Positions 1 to 8,754 of a stretch of 37,874 nucleotides of DNA are shown piece by piece; position 1 is the first letter of the stretch; every line of letters starts with the position of its first letter. Source of the stretch: Candidatus Methanoplasma sp. (lineage in GTDB: Archaea; Thermoplasmatota; Thermoplasmata; Methanomassiliicoccales; Methanomethylophilaceae); the NCBI GenBank assembly GCA_031288985.1, contig JAITQH010000027.1:1-37874 (forward strand). The letters run 5' to 3'. The notes beneath the pieces were generated by a model, which saw nothing but the letters and a program-made list of their open reading frames with translations, was not told where the DNA came from and did not search any database. The translations under genes and the position numbers were made by a program.

Positions 1-2
1 TC

Positions 3-239
3 AGCACCATACGGAGATGCGACGCGATATACGTCATGGAGAACGGAAAGGTCGTTGAGACCGGAACACACGACGAGCTGATCGAGAGGCGGGGGCCGTA
101 CCGCGAGATGTGGACGAGCCAGGTGGGGGTTCTTCCGCAGCGGGAAGGGATGTGTCCGGAAAAACCTCCCGCAACGGACAGTGGCGAAGACAAGGACAAA
201 ATGAACAAGAACGGCGGCGATGTGATTGAGTACAGTTAA
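3..239 (+). CDS. ABC transporter ATPase C-terminus (5'-truncated by window); probably a peptidase-containing/HlyB-type exporter
   Basis: Frame is open from the window edge: STIRRCDAIYVMENGKVVETGTHDELIERRGPYREMW, the typical post-H-loop tail of ABCB/HlyB exporters. An HlyD gene lies two ORFs downstream. Confidence 0.85.
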   Translation, partial: STIRRCDAIYVMENGKVVETGTHDELIERRGPYREMWTSQVGVLPQREGMCPEKPPATDSGEDKDKMNKNGGDVIEYS

Positions 240-696
240 AGAGATAGAGATAGTGGACGGAAAGACCCTGAAGCTCAACAACGTCCTTTCAAAAGAGACC
301 GGAACATTGGACGGCGACGAGTTTGCAAAGACGATGCATATGTTCGAGGCCTATACGAAATCAAAGAAGCTCACGCCGTATGGGCCGATGGTGTTGTTCT
401 CCAAGACGGCGTTCGACGGCATGAAGATGACTCAGCGCAGCAAGCTGATGGCCCAGCTGCGCGAAGTTCACGACAGCCCGGACGCGCCATACTCCTTCGA
501 CAGGCTTGTGAAAGCAGACAACTGCGTCCTCGCCAGGTACAGAGGCGCGGCGGCGGGCCTCCAGGTGGCGTACAGCAAAATTCAGGTGTACGCGTTCGAA
601 CACGACATCCGGCTCAAAGGCGAGACATATACAGTGATAATAGAACAGAAAGACGGGGAGATCCTCGCGGACGTGTTCACGGAGAAGGCGTTATGA
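226..696 (+). CDS. GyrI-like small-molecule-binding / DUF5085-like protein
   Basis: 156 aa, overlapping both neighbours. CVLARYRG...AYSKIQVYAFEHDIRLKGETYTV matches the GyrI-like fold pattern; LKLNNVLSKE recalls DUF5085. Confidence 0.65.
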   Translation: MSTVKEIEIVDGKTLKLNNVLSKETGTLDGDEFAKTMHMFEAYTKSKKLTPYGPMVLFSKTAFDGMKMTQRSKLMAQLREVHDSPDAPYSFDRLVKADNCVLARYRGAAAGLQVAYSKIQVYAFEHDIRLKGETYTVIIEQKDGEILADVFTEKAL

Positions 697-1748
697 GAAA
701 GTTCGGGGAGTACGATCTGAACAGGCTGAGCGACAGCCGCCTGCTGTACATGCGCAATCCTCCCAGGTTCGCATATATCTTCACGATCGTGGCGATCGCC
801 ATACTCATAGGCGTCGCGGGATGGAGCACCATTGCGATAAAAGCAGAGGAAGTTCAGGCGCAGGGGCTCATCGTCACAGAAGACAGAGGCGTACTGGTGC
901 CCGAGGTCGGCGGCATCGTGAAAGAGGTGCTTTACCGCGAAGGCGACATCGTGCCGAAAGGCTCCGCAGTGCTGAGGTTCGACACTACGGACATATCCAT
1001 TGACATAGCCAACCTGGAACGGCAGCGCGACAGGCTCTCTGAAAGGATATCCAATATCGACCTCTTTCTGGAGCAGACGTATGCCTCGTTCCAGAGGCAG
1101 CCGTTCAAAAATGTCGGCGGACAGGCCGAGTTCTTCGTCATGTTCCAACAGTACATGTCGGACAAGAGCACGCCGGGGATGACGGCGGAGGACATAGACC
1201 GTCTGAACTCCCAGGCCAGAGGTTCTCTGCTTTCAGACAAGAGTTCGTCAGCCGACAGCCTCGGAGCCGTGGATTCCGAACTGTCCAGATGCGAAGCGGT
1301 CCTGTCAAGGCACAGCGTTGCCTCCCCGATATCGGGCATACTGCATCTGGATGCCGTGATATCTCCCGGGATGATGCTGCAGGCGGGGACTCAGATAGGA
1401 AGCGTCAGCGGCGACGGAAAGAAGACGATAGAGTCGTACATCTCGTCCGCGGACAGATCAAAGATAGACACGGGGCAGGAATGCAGGTTCACCGTGGACG
1501 GTCTTGCGCAGACGGAGTACGGTTCGCTCAGGGGAACCGTCGAAAGCATCTCCAGCGACGCGATAGTGCAGGAGGGCGGGGTGTACTTCAGAACCGTCAT
1601 CCGCTTTGACGCCGATGTGATTCACGATTCGAAGGGGAGTCCGGTGGCGATATCCAACGGCATGACCGTCCGCGCCTGGGTGACGTACGAAAAGGTCACA
1701 TACCTCAAATATTGGATGGGGCAGATAGGCCTCGACGAATTCTTCTGA
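693..1748 (+). CDS. HlyD-family membrane fusion / bacteriocin secretion accessory protein
   Basis: N-terminal LSDSRLLY..PP followed by one TM helix, lipoyl-like halves (GGIVKEVLYREGDIVPKG; VASPISGIL), a coiled coil, and a beta-barrel (YGSLRGTVESISSDA; GMTV). ATGA overlap with the upstream gene. Confidence 0.9.
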   Translation: MRKFGEYDLNRLSDSRLLYMRNPPRFAYIFTIVAIAILIGVAGWSTIAIKAEEVQAQGLIVTEDRGVLVPEVGGIVKEVLYREGDIVPKGSAVLRFDTTDISIDIANLERQRDRLSERISNIDLFLEQTYASFQRQPFKNVGGQAEFFVMFQQYMSDKSTPGMTAEDIDRLNSQARGSLLSDKSSSADSLGAVDSELSRCEAVLSRHSVASPISGILHLDAVISPGMMLQAGTQIGSVSGDGKKTIESYISSADRSKIDTGQECRFTVDGLAQTEYGSLRGTVESISSDAIVQEGGVYFRTVIRFDADVIHDSKGSPVAISNGMTVRAWVTYEKVTYLKYWMGQIGLDEFF

Positions 1749-2078
1749 GACGGAAGCCGCGCCCGGCGGACGCTTGAACAAAGGATGCAGGCCGCCAAAG
1801 ACCGCAGAGGCCGCCGCAAGCGCCAAAACCGCAAGGAGAGGGGCATTGTTCAGCCACCTCCGGAATGGATTATTGCTGCGAAGACAAGCGTGAGAATGAA
1901 AACCGGCAGGCGATCGGAAGCCATCTTCTGCGGGTCATGCTTCCTCCGCCGCACACGTCGGCAAAGCCATCGATACAGCCTCCGCGATCATGCATAGATG
2001 TTGATCGCGTTGGCGCGTGCAAATCATCGTGCGGCCGACGCGCATGCAACCAGTCAATATTCTGCCTGCGTGCAGGCG

Positions 2079-2768
2079 TCAGGCCGGAGGTTCCGTCGAA
2101 GCATACAGGGCGCAGAACGCCTTTCCGGCCCGTTTCACTGCGATGATGGCCGCCGCGGCGGAGGCCGCGGCGACCGCCAGGGACAGAGACAGCAGTTCCG
2201 AACCCTCCGCACTCAAATGAATATCCCCATAGGATATGGGCGCCAGCAATAATATGATGGAGCCCACCAGTATAAGGCTGGCGAGTATGGCCAAATTGCG
2301 ACTGCACACATATGTCATGTATATCATTGCCCCGGACAGCAGCAGGAATGGGAACGAAGACAGTACGATGAGAGACAGCGTATCCAGTCCTTCCAAGCCG
2401 ACGGCGGGGATGTCTGCATCAAGCATCACGAGGAACGGCGACAGCGAATATGCGAATACGCCGTATGCGATGCCCAGAAGCCAGAACAGGCACGTCGCTC
2501 CGATCTTTCCGGCGAATATGCGATCCGCAGTCAGGTGTTCCGCGTGCGTCTCCCTGCCGCCCAGATATACCACGTTGACGACCATGTTCGATATGATGGC
2601 AAACAGCAAAGAAGTCACCATGAAAACGGAATGTGGGGATGTGGCCATGATCCCCGGAGTAACCAGCAGGAGAAAAACTGTGAATCCGACGTACCACTGT
2701 CTCGGAGGGAGTCTCAGAACCCAGCCGATCGCGCTCGCATCTTTGGCAATGCTCCTGTTCCGCATCAT
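2079..2768 (-). CDS. Polytopic membrane protein, possibly ABC-2-type permease-like
   Basis: 229 aa with about six hydrophobic segments; no catalytic motif recognised. Confidence 0.6.
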   Translation of the reverse strand: MMRNRSIAKDASAIGWVLRLPPRQWYVGFTVFLLLVTPGIMATSPHSVFMVTSLLFAIISNMVVNVVYLGGRETHAEHLTADRIFAGKIGATCLFWLLGIAYGVFAYSLSPFLVMLDADIPAVGLEGLDTLSLIVLSSFPFLLLSGAMIYMTYVCSRNLAILASLILVGSIILLLAPISYGDIHLSAEGSELLSLSLAVAAASAAAAIIAVKRAGKAFCALYASTEPPA

Positions 2769-2811
2769 ATGTCGTTCATCTCCATTATTGCCGCACGCCC
2801 GAGCCGGGAGG

Positions 2812-3408
2812 TCAGAGATCGTTGGCGATCAGCACTATCCTAACAAAAGCCAGGATGAACATCACATTGACCATGACCACTGCGTATATCTTCACCTTTC
2901 TCAGGCGCTTCTTGGCGGCCGCTCTGTCCTCATCGGTCAGGAGCACCTCCGGCTCCACCACCTGCACGACGGTGTTGCCCAGATCGTCGAGGTTGAGGAT
3001 TATGCTGACCCCATCCTCCGCGCTGAGCCTCGCAACGACGGGTTCGTTCTTGCCGTACCGCACCGTCAGCTCATGGGTCCCCGGGGCTACGCTGATCGAT
3101 CCTACATTCTTGCCGTCCGTTCTTCCGACGAACTCCCCGTACGAATCCACAAGGAACTGTTTCATTCTGGATCCGCTCTGAGCGACAAGCGGTATCACGA
3201 TCTTGTTCGCATAGCCCGGATTCCCCTGGGATGAGAGGCGTTTCAGGAGCCAATAGTTCATGAAGACATCAAGAACTGCGATCAGCGCGGCGCCGATCCA
3301 CAAAGCGATCCTCACCCCATCCTCCGCAAGCAGGGCGATCAGGGCCAGAACGGCGATCACAAGTATTGCGGCAAATGCTATTTTCTTCTCTGTCTTGGTA
3401 AGTCTCAT
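2812..3408 (-). CDS. Membrane protein with a small beta-sandwich (PEGA/DUF2846-like) domain
   Basis: Two N-terminal TM helices, an ISVAPGTHELTV strand motif and a C-terminal TM. ATG at 3408 preferred over the track start at 3423. Confidence 0.6.
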   Translation of the reverse strand: MRLTKTEKKIAFAAILVIAVLALIALLAEDGVRIALWIGAALIAVLDVFMNYWLLKRLSSQGNPGYANKIVIPLVAQSGSRMKQFLVDSYGEFVGRTDGKNVGSISVAPGTHELTVRYGKNEPVVARLSAEDGVSIILNLDDLGNTVVQVVEPEVLLTDEDRAAAKKRLRKVKIYAVVMVNVMFILAFVRIVLIANDL

Positions 3409-3496
3409 TGTTCCCCGGATCAAGCACGTTGTCTGAAAATATAATGCTGACTGCGATTATATGCAATATTGCGCATGTTTGGACATAAATACACAC

Positions 3497-3596
3497 TTCT
3501 GCGCCGATCGTTCCCGCTCCCGCCGAAAGTTTCGGCAGGCTCCGCGTCTTGGACGGAGCCTGTCCGAAGGGCGTTCGACTCCCCGCGCGGAAACCA
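3497..3596 (+). ncRNA. Candidate tRNA-like structured RNA or degenerate tRNA
   Basis: TTCTGCGC (3497-3504) pairs with GCGCGGAA (3585-3592), followed by A-CCA. GTTCGACTC T-loop at 3573-3581 and two internal hairpins. No canonical D arm or anticodon loop. Confidence 0.3.
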
Positions 3597-3609
3597 CTCG
3601 GACTGATGC

Positions 3610-3618
3610 TTTTTTATC
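3610..3618 (+). promoter_or_regulatory. Putative TATA box of the wHTH-mcm operon
   Basis: TTTTTTATC about 25-33 nt before ATG 3643. The same TTTTTATC motif lies at similar spacing before the fumarase gene (7302) and tRNA-Thr (17882). Confidence 0.55.
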
Positions 3619-3642
3619 ATGCTCCACAATAGGGGATGTGCG

Positions 3643-3885
3643 ATGATCGAAGACGTTGCTCCGCTGATATGGGAGATTCTCGGGAACGACAAAGTCACCA
3701 CCAGAGAGGCGGGAGAACGGCTCGACCATATATTCAATTACAGGTGCCCCGACGACCTGGCCAAGACCCTCATAAAGCTGAGGAATGCAGGGATGGTCAG
3801 AGGCGAGATATCCATGGAGATGGGCGGGTGGATATGGTGGGCGGACGACGAATGCCGCAGTAAAGGTGCGGGAGAGAAGAAATGA
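3643..3885 (+). CDS. Small winged-helix-like hypothetical protein
   Basis: 80 aa with a helix-turn-helix plus wing pattern (VTTREAGERL...DLAKTLIKLRNAGMVRGE...GWIWW). ATGA overlap with mcm. Confidence 0.7.
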   Translation: MIEDVAPLIWEILGNDKVTTREAGERLDHIFNYRCPDDLAKTLIKLRNAGMVRGEISMEMGGWIWWADDECRSKGAGEKK

Positions 3886-5978
3886 CGGTCAATTTCCAAG
3901 ACAACGAAGTGCTGGCAGGGTGGGAGGACATCCTGGGCAGGGACAAATACCGCCTTATGATATCCGAGGTTTCCAACAGCTATCCGGACAAAAGGAGCAT
4001 ATCTGTGTCCTACAGGGACGTCGACGCCTACAACACGGACCTTGCGATGTTCTTCCTGGAGAATCCGGACCGATGCCTCAGAAAGGGGCAGGAGGCCGTT
4101 AGGAACGCCATGCCTCCCGGATGGGATCGGAAGGACGAAGTGAATCTCAGGATAACCGACCTCCCGAAGGACGCGAAAGTGGACATCCGCCACATCCGGG
4201 CGAAGCATCTGGGCAAGCTCATAGCGGTGGAAGGACTTGTTAGGAAGGCCACCACGGTCCGCCCGAGGATGACGTACGCCCTGTTCAGATGTTCGAGGTG
4301 CGGGGCGGAGATATGGGAGAAGCAGAACGGCATGATCCTGAGGGAGCCCATGATCTGCACCAACCCGGACGGAAGCTGCAACAAACAGGCCACCCGCTTC
4401 ATACTCGAGGATAAAGAATCCGTATACATAGATACGCAGAAGCTCGAGATCCAGGAGAGCCCCGAGGGGCTCAGGGGAGGAGCTCAGCCGGAAAGGATGA
4501 CCGGGTTCGTCGAGGACGACGTGGCCGGAGTCATAACGGCGGGGAACAGGGTCACGCTCAACGGCATAATCCGATCGGCCGAGAAGCAGGACAGGGACAA
4601 GTCCACCGTGTTCGACATCTTCATGGACGTGCTCTCGGTGGAGTTCGAACAGCATGAATACGACGAGATCCAGATAACGGAGGAGGATGAAGAGGAGATC
4701 CTCGGCATGTCCCGGGATCCCAAACTTTACGACAACATCGTGGCCTCCATATCCCCGACCATCTACGGACTCGACGAGGTCAAGGGAGCCATCGCCCTGC
4801 AGCTGTTCGGCGGATGCCACAAGGAGATGGACGACGGCACCACGCTCAGAGGCGACATGCACGTCCTGCTGGTCGGAGACCCGGGAGTGGCAAAGTCTCA
4901 GCTGCTGAGATACATGAGCGCGCTGGCTCCCAGGGGGATATACGCTTCCGGGAAGTCCGCGTCGGCGGCAGGCCTGACGGCGGCGGCCGTGAAGGACGAC
5001 TTCGGGGACGGCAGGTGGACGCTGGAAGCGGGCGCGCTGGTCCTCGCCGACAAGGGGCTGGCATGCATCGATGAACTTGACAAGATGACCGGCCAGGACA
5101 GATCGTCCCTGCACGAGGCGATGGAGTCCCAGAAGATATCCGTCGCCAAGGCCGGGATCACGGCGACGCTTCAATGCAGGTGCTCCATGCTGGCGGCCGC
5201 GAACCCCAAGTTCGGCAGGTTCGACATGGATATGCCCATAGCGGGGCAGATAGAGCTGCCGCCCGCCCTCATGTCCCGTTTCGATCTCATATTCGTTCTG
5301 ACCGACAAGCCGAACGCGAAGACCGACAACGAAGTGACCACGCACATACTGAACGTCCACAGGCGCGGAGAGGTGCGGCAGCTGTCCGAGGAGAGCGTCG
5401 TCGCCGGAGTCGATCTCGACGGCATCAGGAACGACACCACCCGCATACGCCCGGTGTACGCCACGGACATCATGAGGAAGTACGTAGCCTACTCCAAGCG
5501 CATGGTGCCGGTCATGTCCGACGAGGCCATGGCGCTGATAAAGGACAGCTACCTTTCCACAAGGGCCATGGGGTCGGGGGAGAACGACTCCGTTCCGATA
5601 ACCCCGAGGCAGCTGGAGGCGTTCGTCCGCCTCTCCGAGGCCTCGGCGAGGATGAGGCTGAGCCCCGTGGTGGAGAAGAGCGACGCCCAGCGCGCCGTCT
5701 ACCTCGTGGAATACTACCTCGGAAAGATACTGGCGCCCAACGGAGGGCAGTGGGATATCGACCGCGTCTCGTCCAACTACGCCAAGAAGGACCGCGACAA
5801 GCTGAAGATGGTCCTCGGAATACTGGAGGGAGAACCGGACGGCCTGTCGGAGGAGGAGCTGATAAGCAAGGCGCTCAGCGAAGGGCTCTCGGAAAGCGAG
5901 ACGAGGAAGAACCTAACATCCCTGGAACAGACAGGCGTGATATACTCCCCCAAGAACGGACATTACAAGAAGGCGTGA
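3882..5978 (+). CDS. mcm: Replicative helicase MCM
   Basis: Zn finger CSRC...C...C, Walker A GDPGVAKSQ, Walker B CIDELDKM, AAANP, Arg finger SRFD and a C-terminal wHTH. 698 aa, no intein. Confidence 0.98.
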   Translation: MTVNFQDNEVLAGWEDILGRDKYRLMISEVSNSYPDKRSISVSYRDVDAYNTDLAMFFLENPDRCLRKGQEAVRNAMPPGWDRKDEVNLRITDLPKDAKVDIRHIRAKHLGKLIAVEGLVRKATTVRPRMTYALFRCSRCGAEIWEKQNGMILREPMICTNPDGSCNKQATRFILEDKESVYIDTQKLEIQESPEGLRGGAQPERMTGFVEDDVAGVITAGNRVTLNGIIRSAEKQDRDKSTVFDIFMDVLSVEFEQHEYDEIQITEEDEEEILGMSRDPKLYDNIVASISPTIYGLDEVKGAIALQLFGGCHKEMDDGTTLRGDMHVLLVGDPGVAKSQLLRYMSALAPRGIYASGKSASAAGLTAAAVKDDFGDGRWTLEAGALVLADKGLACIDELDKMTGQDRSSLHEAMESQKISVAKAGITATLQCRCSMLAAANPKFGRFDMDMPIAGQIELPPALMSRFDLIFVLTDKPNAKTDNEVTTHILNVHRRGEVRQLSEESVVAGVDLDGIRNDTTRIRPVYATDIMRKYVAYSKRMVPVMSDEAMALIKDSYLSTRAMGSGENDSVPITPRQLEAFVRLSEASARMRLSPVVEKSDAQRAVYLVEYYLGKILAPNGGQWDIDRVSSNYAKKDRDKLKMVLGILEGEPDGLSEEELISKALSEGLSESETRKNLTSLEQTGVIYSPKNGHYKKA

Positions 5979-5980
5979 AC

Positions 5981-6274
5981 ATGATTTACTCAAGGATACA
6001 CGTGCATGAGAACGACCGCATACTGGCCGCCTGCGACGAGGAGATAATAGGCGAGACGTTCAGAGGAGGCGGCGCCAAGATAACCGTGTCCGAACTCTTC
6101 TACGGCGGGGAGCTGATATCCGAGGAGATATTCATAGAGAGGACCAAATCCGTCACGATCATGAATCTGGTCGGCAACAGGGTTGTGGGCGCCGCAGTAA
6201 GGGAAGGGCTGGTGGCGGAATGCAACGTCATCGTCATCGGCGGAGTGAAACACGCCCAAACGGTGATCCTGTGA
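5981..6274 (+). CDS. DUF424 family protein
   Basis: ILAACDEEIIG...FYGG...MNLVGNRVV signature. True start is ATG 5981, 2 nt after the mcm stop. Confidence 0.9.
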   Translation: MIYSRIHVHENDRILAACDEEIIGETFRGGGAKITVSELFYGGELISEEIFIERTKSVTIMNLVGNRVVGAAVREGLVAECNVIVIGGVKHAQTVIL

Positions 6275-7299
6275 GCTTCTGCGTAAGATGCGGGAAGGAC
6301 GCCGAGGGGCTCATCGACGGAATGTGCGCGGAATGCTTCCTTGGGAGCAGGAAGCCCACGACGCTTCCCCACCACGTCGATCTCTTCAGATGCACCAACT
6401 GCGGCGAGTTCCGCAAGGGCGAGGACTGGTCGGGCCGTCCGTTGGAACAGGCGGTCGAAGGCGCGGCGGAGGACAGCCTCTCGGTGATAAGGGAGGCGGA
6501 CGTCAAAGAGCTTTCCGTATCTTTCACGGAACAGGATCCGTACACCTTCCTGGCGGTGGTGGACACCGTCATCGATGTGAACGGATGCGAGGTCGCGGAC
6601 TCCGCATCGGTGATAGTCAGGCTGAAGAACACGGTCTGCAAACGCTGTTCCAGACAGCTCGGCGGGTACTACGAATCCATATTGCAGATAAGGACGGCGG
6701 GAAAGGAGTTCCCGGATCGGCTGAGGGACGAGGTCCTGAACCGCATCGGCTCCATCGTGGCGGCGCAGTCCCGCACGAACCGCGGACTCTTCATAACAAA
6801 GATGGAGTTGGTGACCGGCGGCCCGGATCTGTACCTATCCTCGATCTCTCTGGGAAGATCCCTGGCCAAGGACATCGGCGACTCCTACTGCGCGGAGACG
6901 AAAGAGGCGGCCAAATTGGTGGGGCAGACCTCCGACGGCCAGGACATGTACCGCGTCACATACTTGGTCCGTCTTCCCGACTATCACGTAGGCGACGTCG
7001 TGCGCTTCGAGAACCGCTACTACAAGATGACAAGGGTGTCGGCCGTCGGAGGCAAGGCGGTGGACGTCGTCAACTTTAGGGAGCGGGCGATAAAACGCTC
7101 CGACATGCAGAACGTAAAGGTGTACGAGAAGGCCTCGGATCTGCGGTCGGCCACCGTGGTCAGCCGTTCTCCCGGAGAGATACAGATCCTGCATCCCTCG
7201 GACTATTCCACGCTCGATCTGAAGATACCGGATGACGCAGAGATCGAAGAGTCGGTGAAGGTCACCGAGATAGACGGCGTTCTCTATTACGTACCCTGA
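6271..7299 (+). CDS. nmd3: NMD3 family ribosome-biogenesis protein
   Basis: FCVRCG, CAEC, CTNCG and CKRC Zn ligands followed by YYESILQIR. GTG start overlaps the DUF424 stop. Confidence 0.92.
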   Translation: MSFCVRCGKDAEGLIDGMCAECFLGSRKPTTLPHHVDLFRCTNCGEFRKGEDWSGRPLEQAVEGAAEDSLSVIREADVKELSVSFTEQDPYTFLAVVDTVIDVNGCEVADSASVIVRLKNTVCKRCSRQLGGYYESILQIRTAGKEFPDRLRDEVLNRIGSIVAAQSRTNRGLFITKMELVTGGPDLYLSSISLGRSLAKDIGDSYCAETKEAAKLVGQTSDGQDMYRVTYLVRLPDYHVGDVVRFENRYYKMTRVSAVGGKAVDVVNFRERAIKRSDMQNVKVYEKASDLRSATVVSRSPGEIQILHPSDYSTLDLKIPDDAEIEESVKVTEIDGVLYYVP

Positions 7300-7330
7300 T
7301 GTTTTTATCCGCAAGCGCGATTCGGTGGTC

Positions 7331-8194
7331 ATGATAAAGCTCCCCGAGACCGTCGAACAGACGGTCGTCAACATCCTGAGGCTGGCCAACACGAAGCTCC
7401 CTTCCGACGTGGGATGGGCCCTGGAGGCCGCCGCGGCATGGGAGACCGACGGGCGGGCCTCGGCCCAATTGGGCGCCATACTCGACAACGTGAAGAAAGC
7501 GGAGCTTCTGGGGAGACCGATGTGTCAAGACACAGGCATACCGATATTCTACGTCAAAGGGAAGATCCCGCCCTCCATAAGGCAGGACATAGCCGCCGGC
7601 GTCAGAAGGGCGACGGCGGAGATCCCGCTCAGACCCAACACTGTGGATCCGCTCACCCGCGAGAACTCCGGGGACAATCTGGGAGAGGGGATGCCTATCG
7701 TGCATTTCATACCCACCGAGGACGCGTACACCGAAATATCCGTGATGGTGAAAGGGGCGGGCAGCGAGAACATGACCCGTCTGGGAATGCTGAACCCTTC
7801 AGACGGCGCCGCCGGGATCGAGAAGTTCGTTGCGGACTCCGTCCTCGACGCGGGAGGGAAGCCGTGCCCCCCCGGAGTAATCGGCGTGGGGATCGGAGGG
7901 ACGGCGGAGGAATGCCTGCTTATGGCCAAGGCCGCCGCGATGTCGTCATCGGAGAATCCCGACCCCGTCCTCAGGAAGATGGAGGAGGATCTGTTCGTCA
8001 GGATCAACGGAAGCGGGCTGGGTCCCATGGGATTGGGGGGAGGCGCGACCGTTCTTGCGGTGAAGATAAGAAAAGCGTGCTGCCACACCGCAAGCCTTCC
8101 GGTGGCGGTCAGCGTAGGGTGCTGGGCCACCAGACGGGCGTCCGCCAGGATGACCGGCGACAGGGTGGAGTACTCCCAGGAGGCGGACGTATGA
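7331..8194 (+). CDS. Fe-S fumarate hydratase / tartrate dehydratase alpha subunit
   Basis: PMCQDTG, KGAGSEN, PCPPGVIGVGIGG, GLGPMGLGG, HTASLPVAV and CWATRR motifs. Alternative GTG start at 7325. Confidence 0.95.
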   Translation: MIKLPETVEQTVVNILRLANTKLPSDVGWALEAAAAWETDGRASAQLGAILDNVKKAELLGRPMCQDTGIPIFYVKGKIPPSIRQDIAAGVRRATAEIPLRPNTVDPLTRENSGDNLGEGMPIVHFIPTEDAYTEISVMVKGAGSENMTRLGMLNPSDGAAGIEKFVADSVLDAGGKPCPPGVIGVGIGGTAEECLLMAKAAAMSSSENPDPVLRKMEEDLFVRINGSGLGPMGLGGGATVLAVKIRKACCHTASLPVAVSVGCWATRRASARMTGDRVEYSQEADV

Positions 8195-8754
8195 GATTCA
8201 TCCGCTCGCCTCTGAGCAGGGAAGACGCGGCCTCTCTGACCCTCGGCAGCGTAGTGAGCCTGTCCGGGCCGATAGTCACGGCCAGGGACGAGGCGCACAT
8301 GCGTGCGCTGGAACATCTCCGTGAAGGAAAAGCGGTCCCGGAATGCCTGTACGGTTCCGTCCTCTTCCATTGCGGTCCGATAATGGCCCGGGACGGAGAC
8401 GGGTGGAAGGCGATCGCCGCCGGACCCACCACCAGCGCAAGGATGAACAGCATGGAGCCGGAGATGATACGCAGATTCGGCATACGTGCGATCATAGGCA
8501 AAGGCGGCATGTCCCGCGAGGTGTGCGCCGCGATGAAAGAATGCGGCTGCGTGTATCTCGCGGCGACCGGCGGCGCGGCGGTGTCCATCGCGGAATCGCT
8601 TCCGAAGGTCCTGGGGGCGGAGTGGGAGGATCTGGGCATGGCCGAGGCCGTGTGGAAGTTTGAAGCGGACAGGATGGGGCCGCTGATCGTGGCCATCGAT
8701 GCCAACGGCGACAGCCTTTACGAGCGGGTGTCGGAGTCTCTCGTCAGAATCTGA
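8191..8754 (+). CDS. Fe-S fumarate hydratase / tartrate dehydratase beta subunit
   Basis: TARDEAH, HCGP, GPTTSARM, IGKGGM and DLGMAEAVW motifs. ATGA overlap with the alpha subunit. Confidence 0.95.
   Translation: MRFIRSPLSREDAASLTLGSVVSLSGPIVTARDEAHMRALEHLREGKAVPECLYGSVLFHCGPIMARDGDGWKAIAAGPTTSARMNSMEPEMIRRFGIRAIIGKGGMSREVCAAMKECGCVYLAATGGAAVSIAESLPKVLGAEWEDLGMAEAVWKFEADRMGPLIVAIDANGDSLYERVSESLVRI

Noticed and set aside
3424-3642. Replication origin (ORB elements) next to mcm
   Set aside because: No repeated ORB/G-string motifs, no long AT-rich unwinding element and no cdc6/orc1 in the window.
5174-8190. Apparent long versions of DUF424 (from 5174) and fumarase beta (from 7414)
   Set aside because: The extra residues are off-frame readings of mcm and the alpha subunit, not fusions; coupled starts exist at 5981 and 8191.
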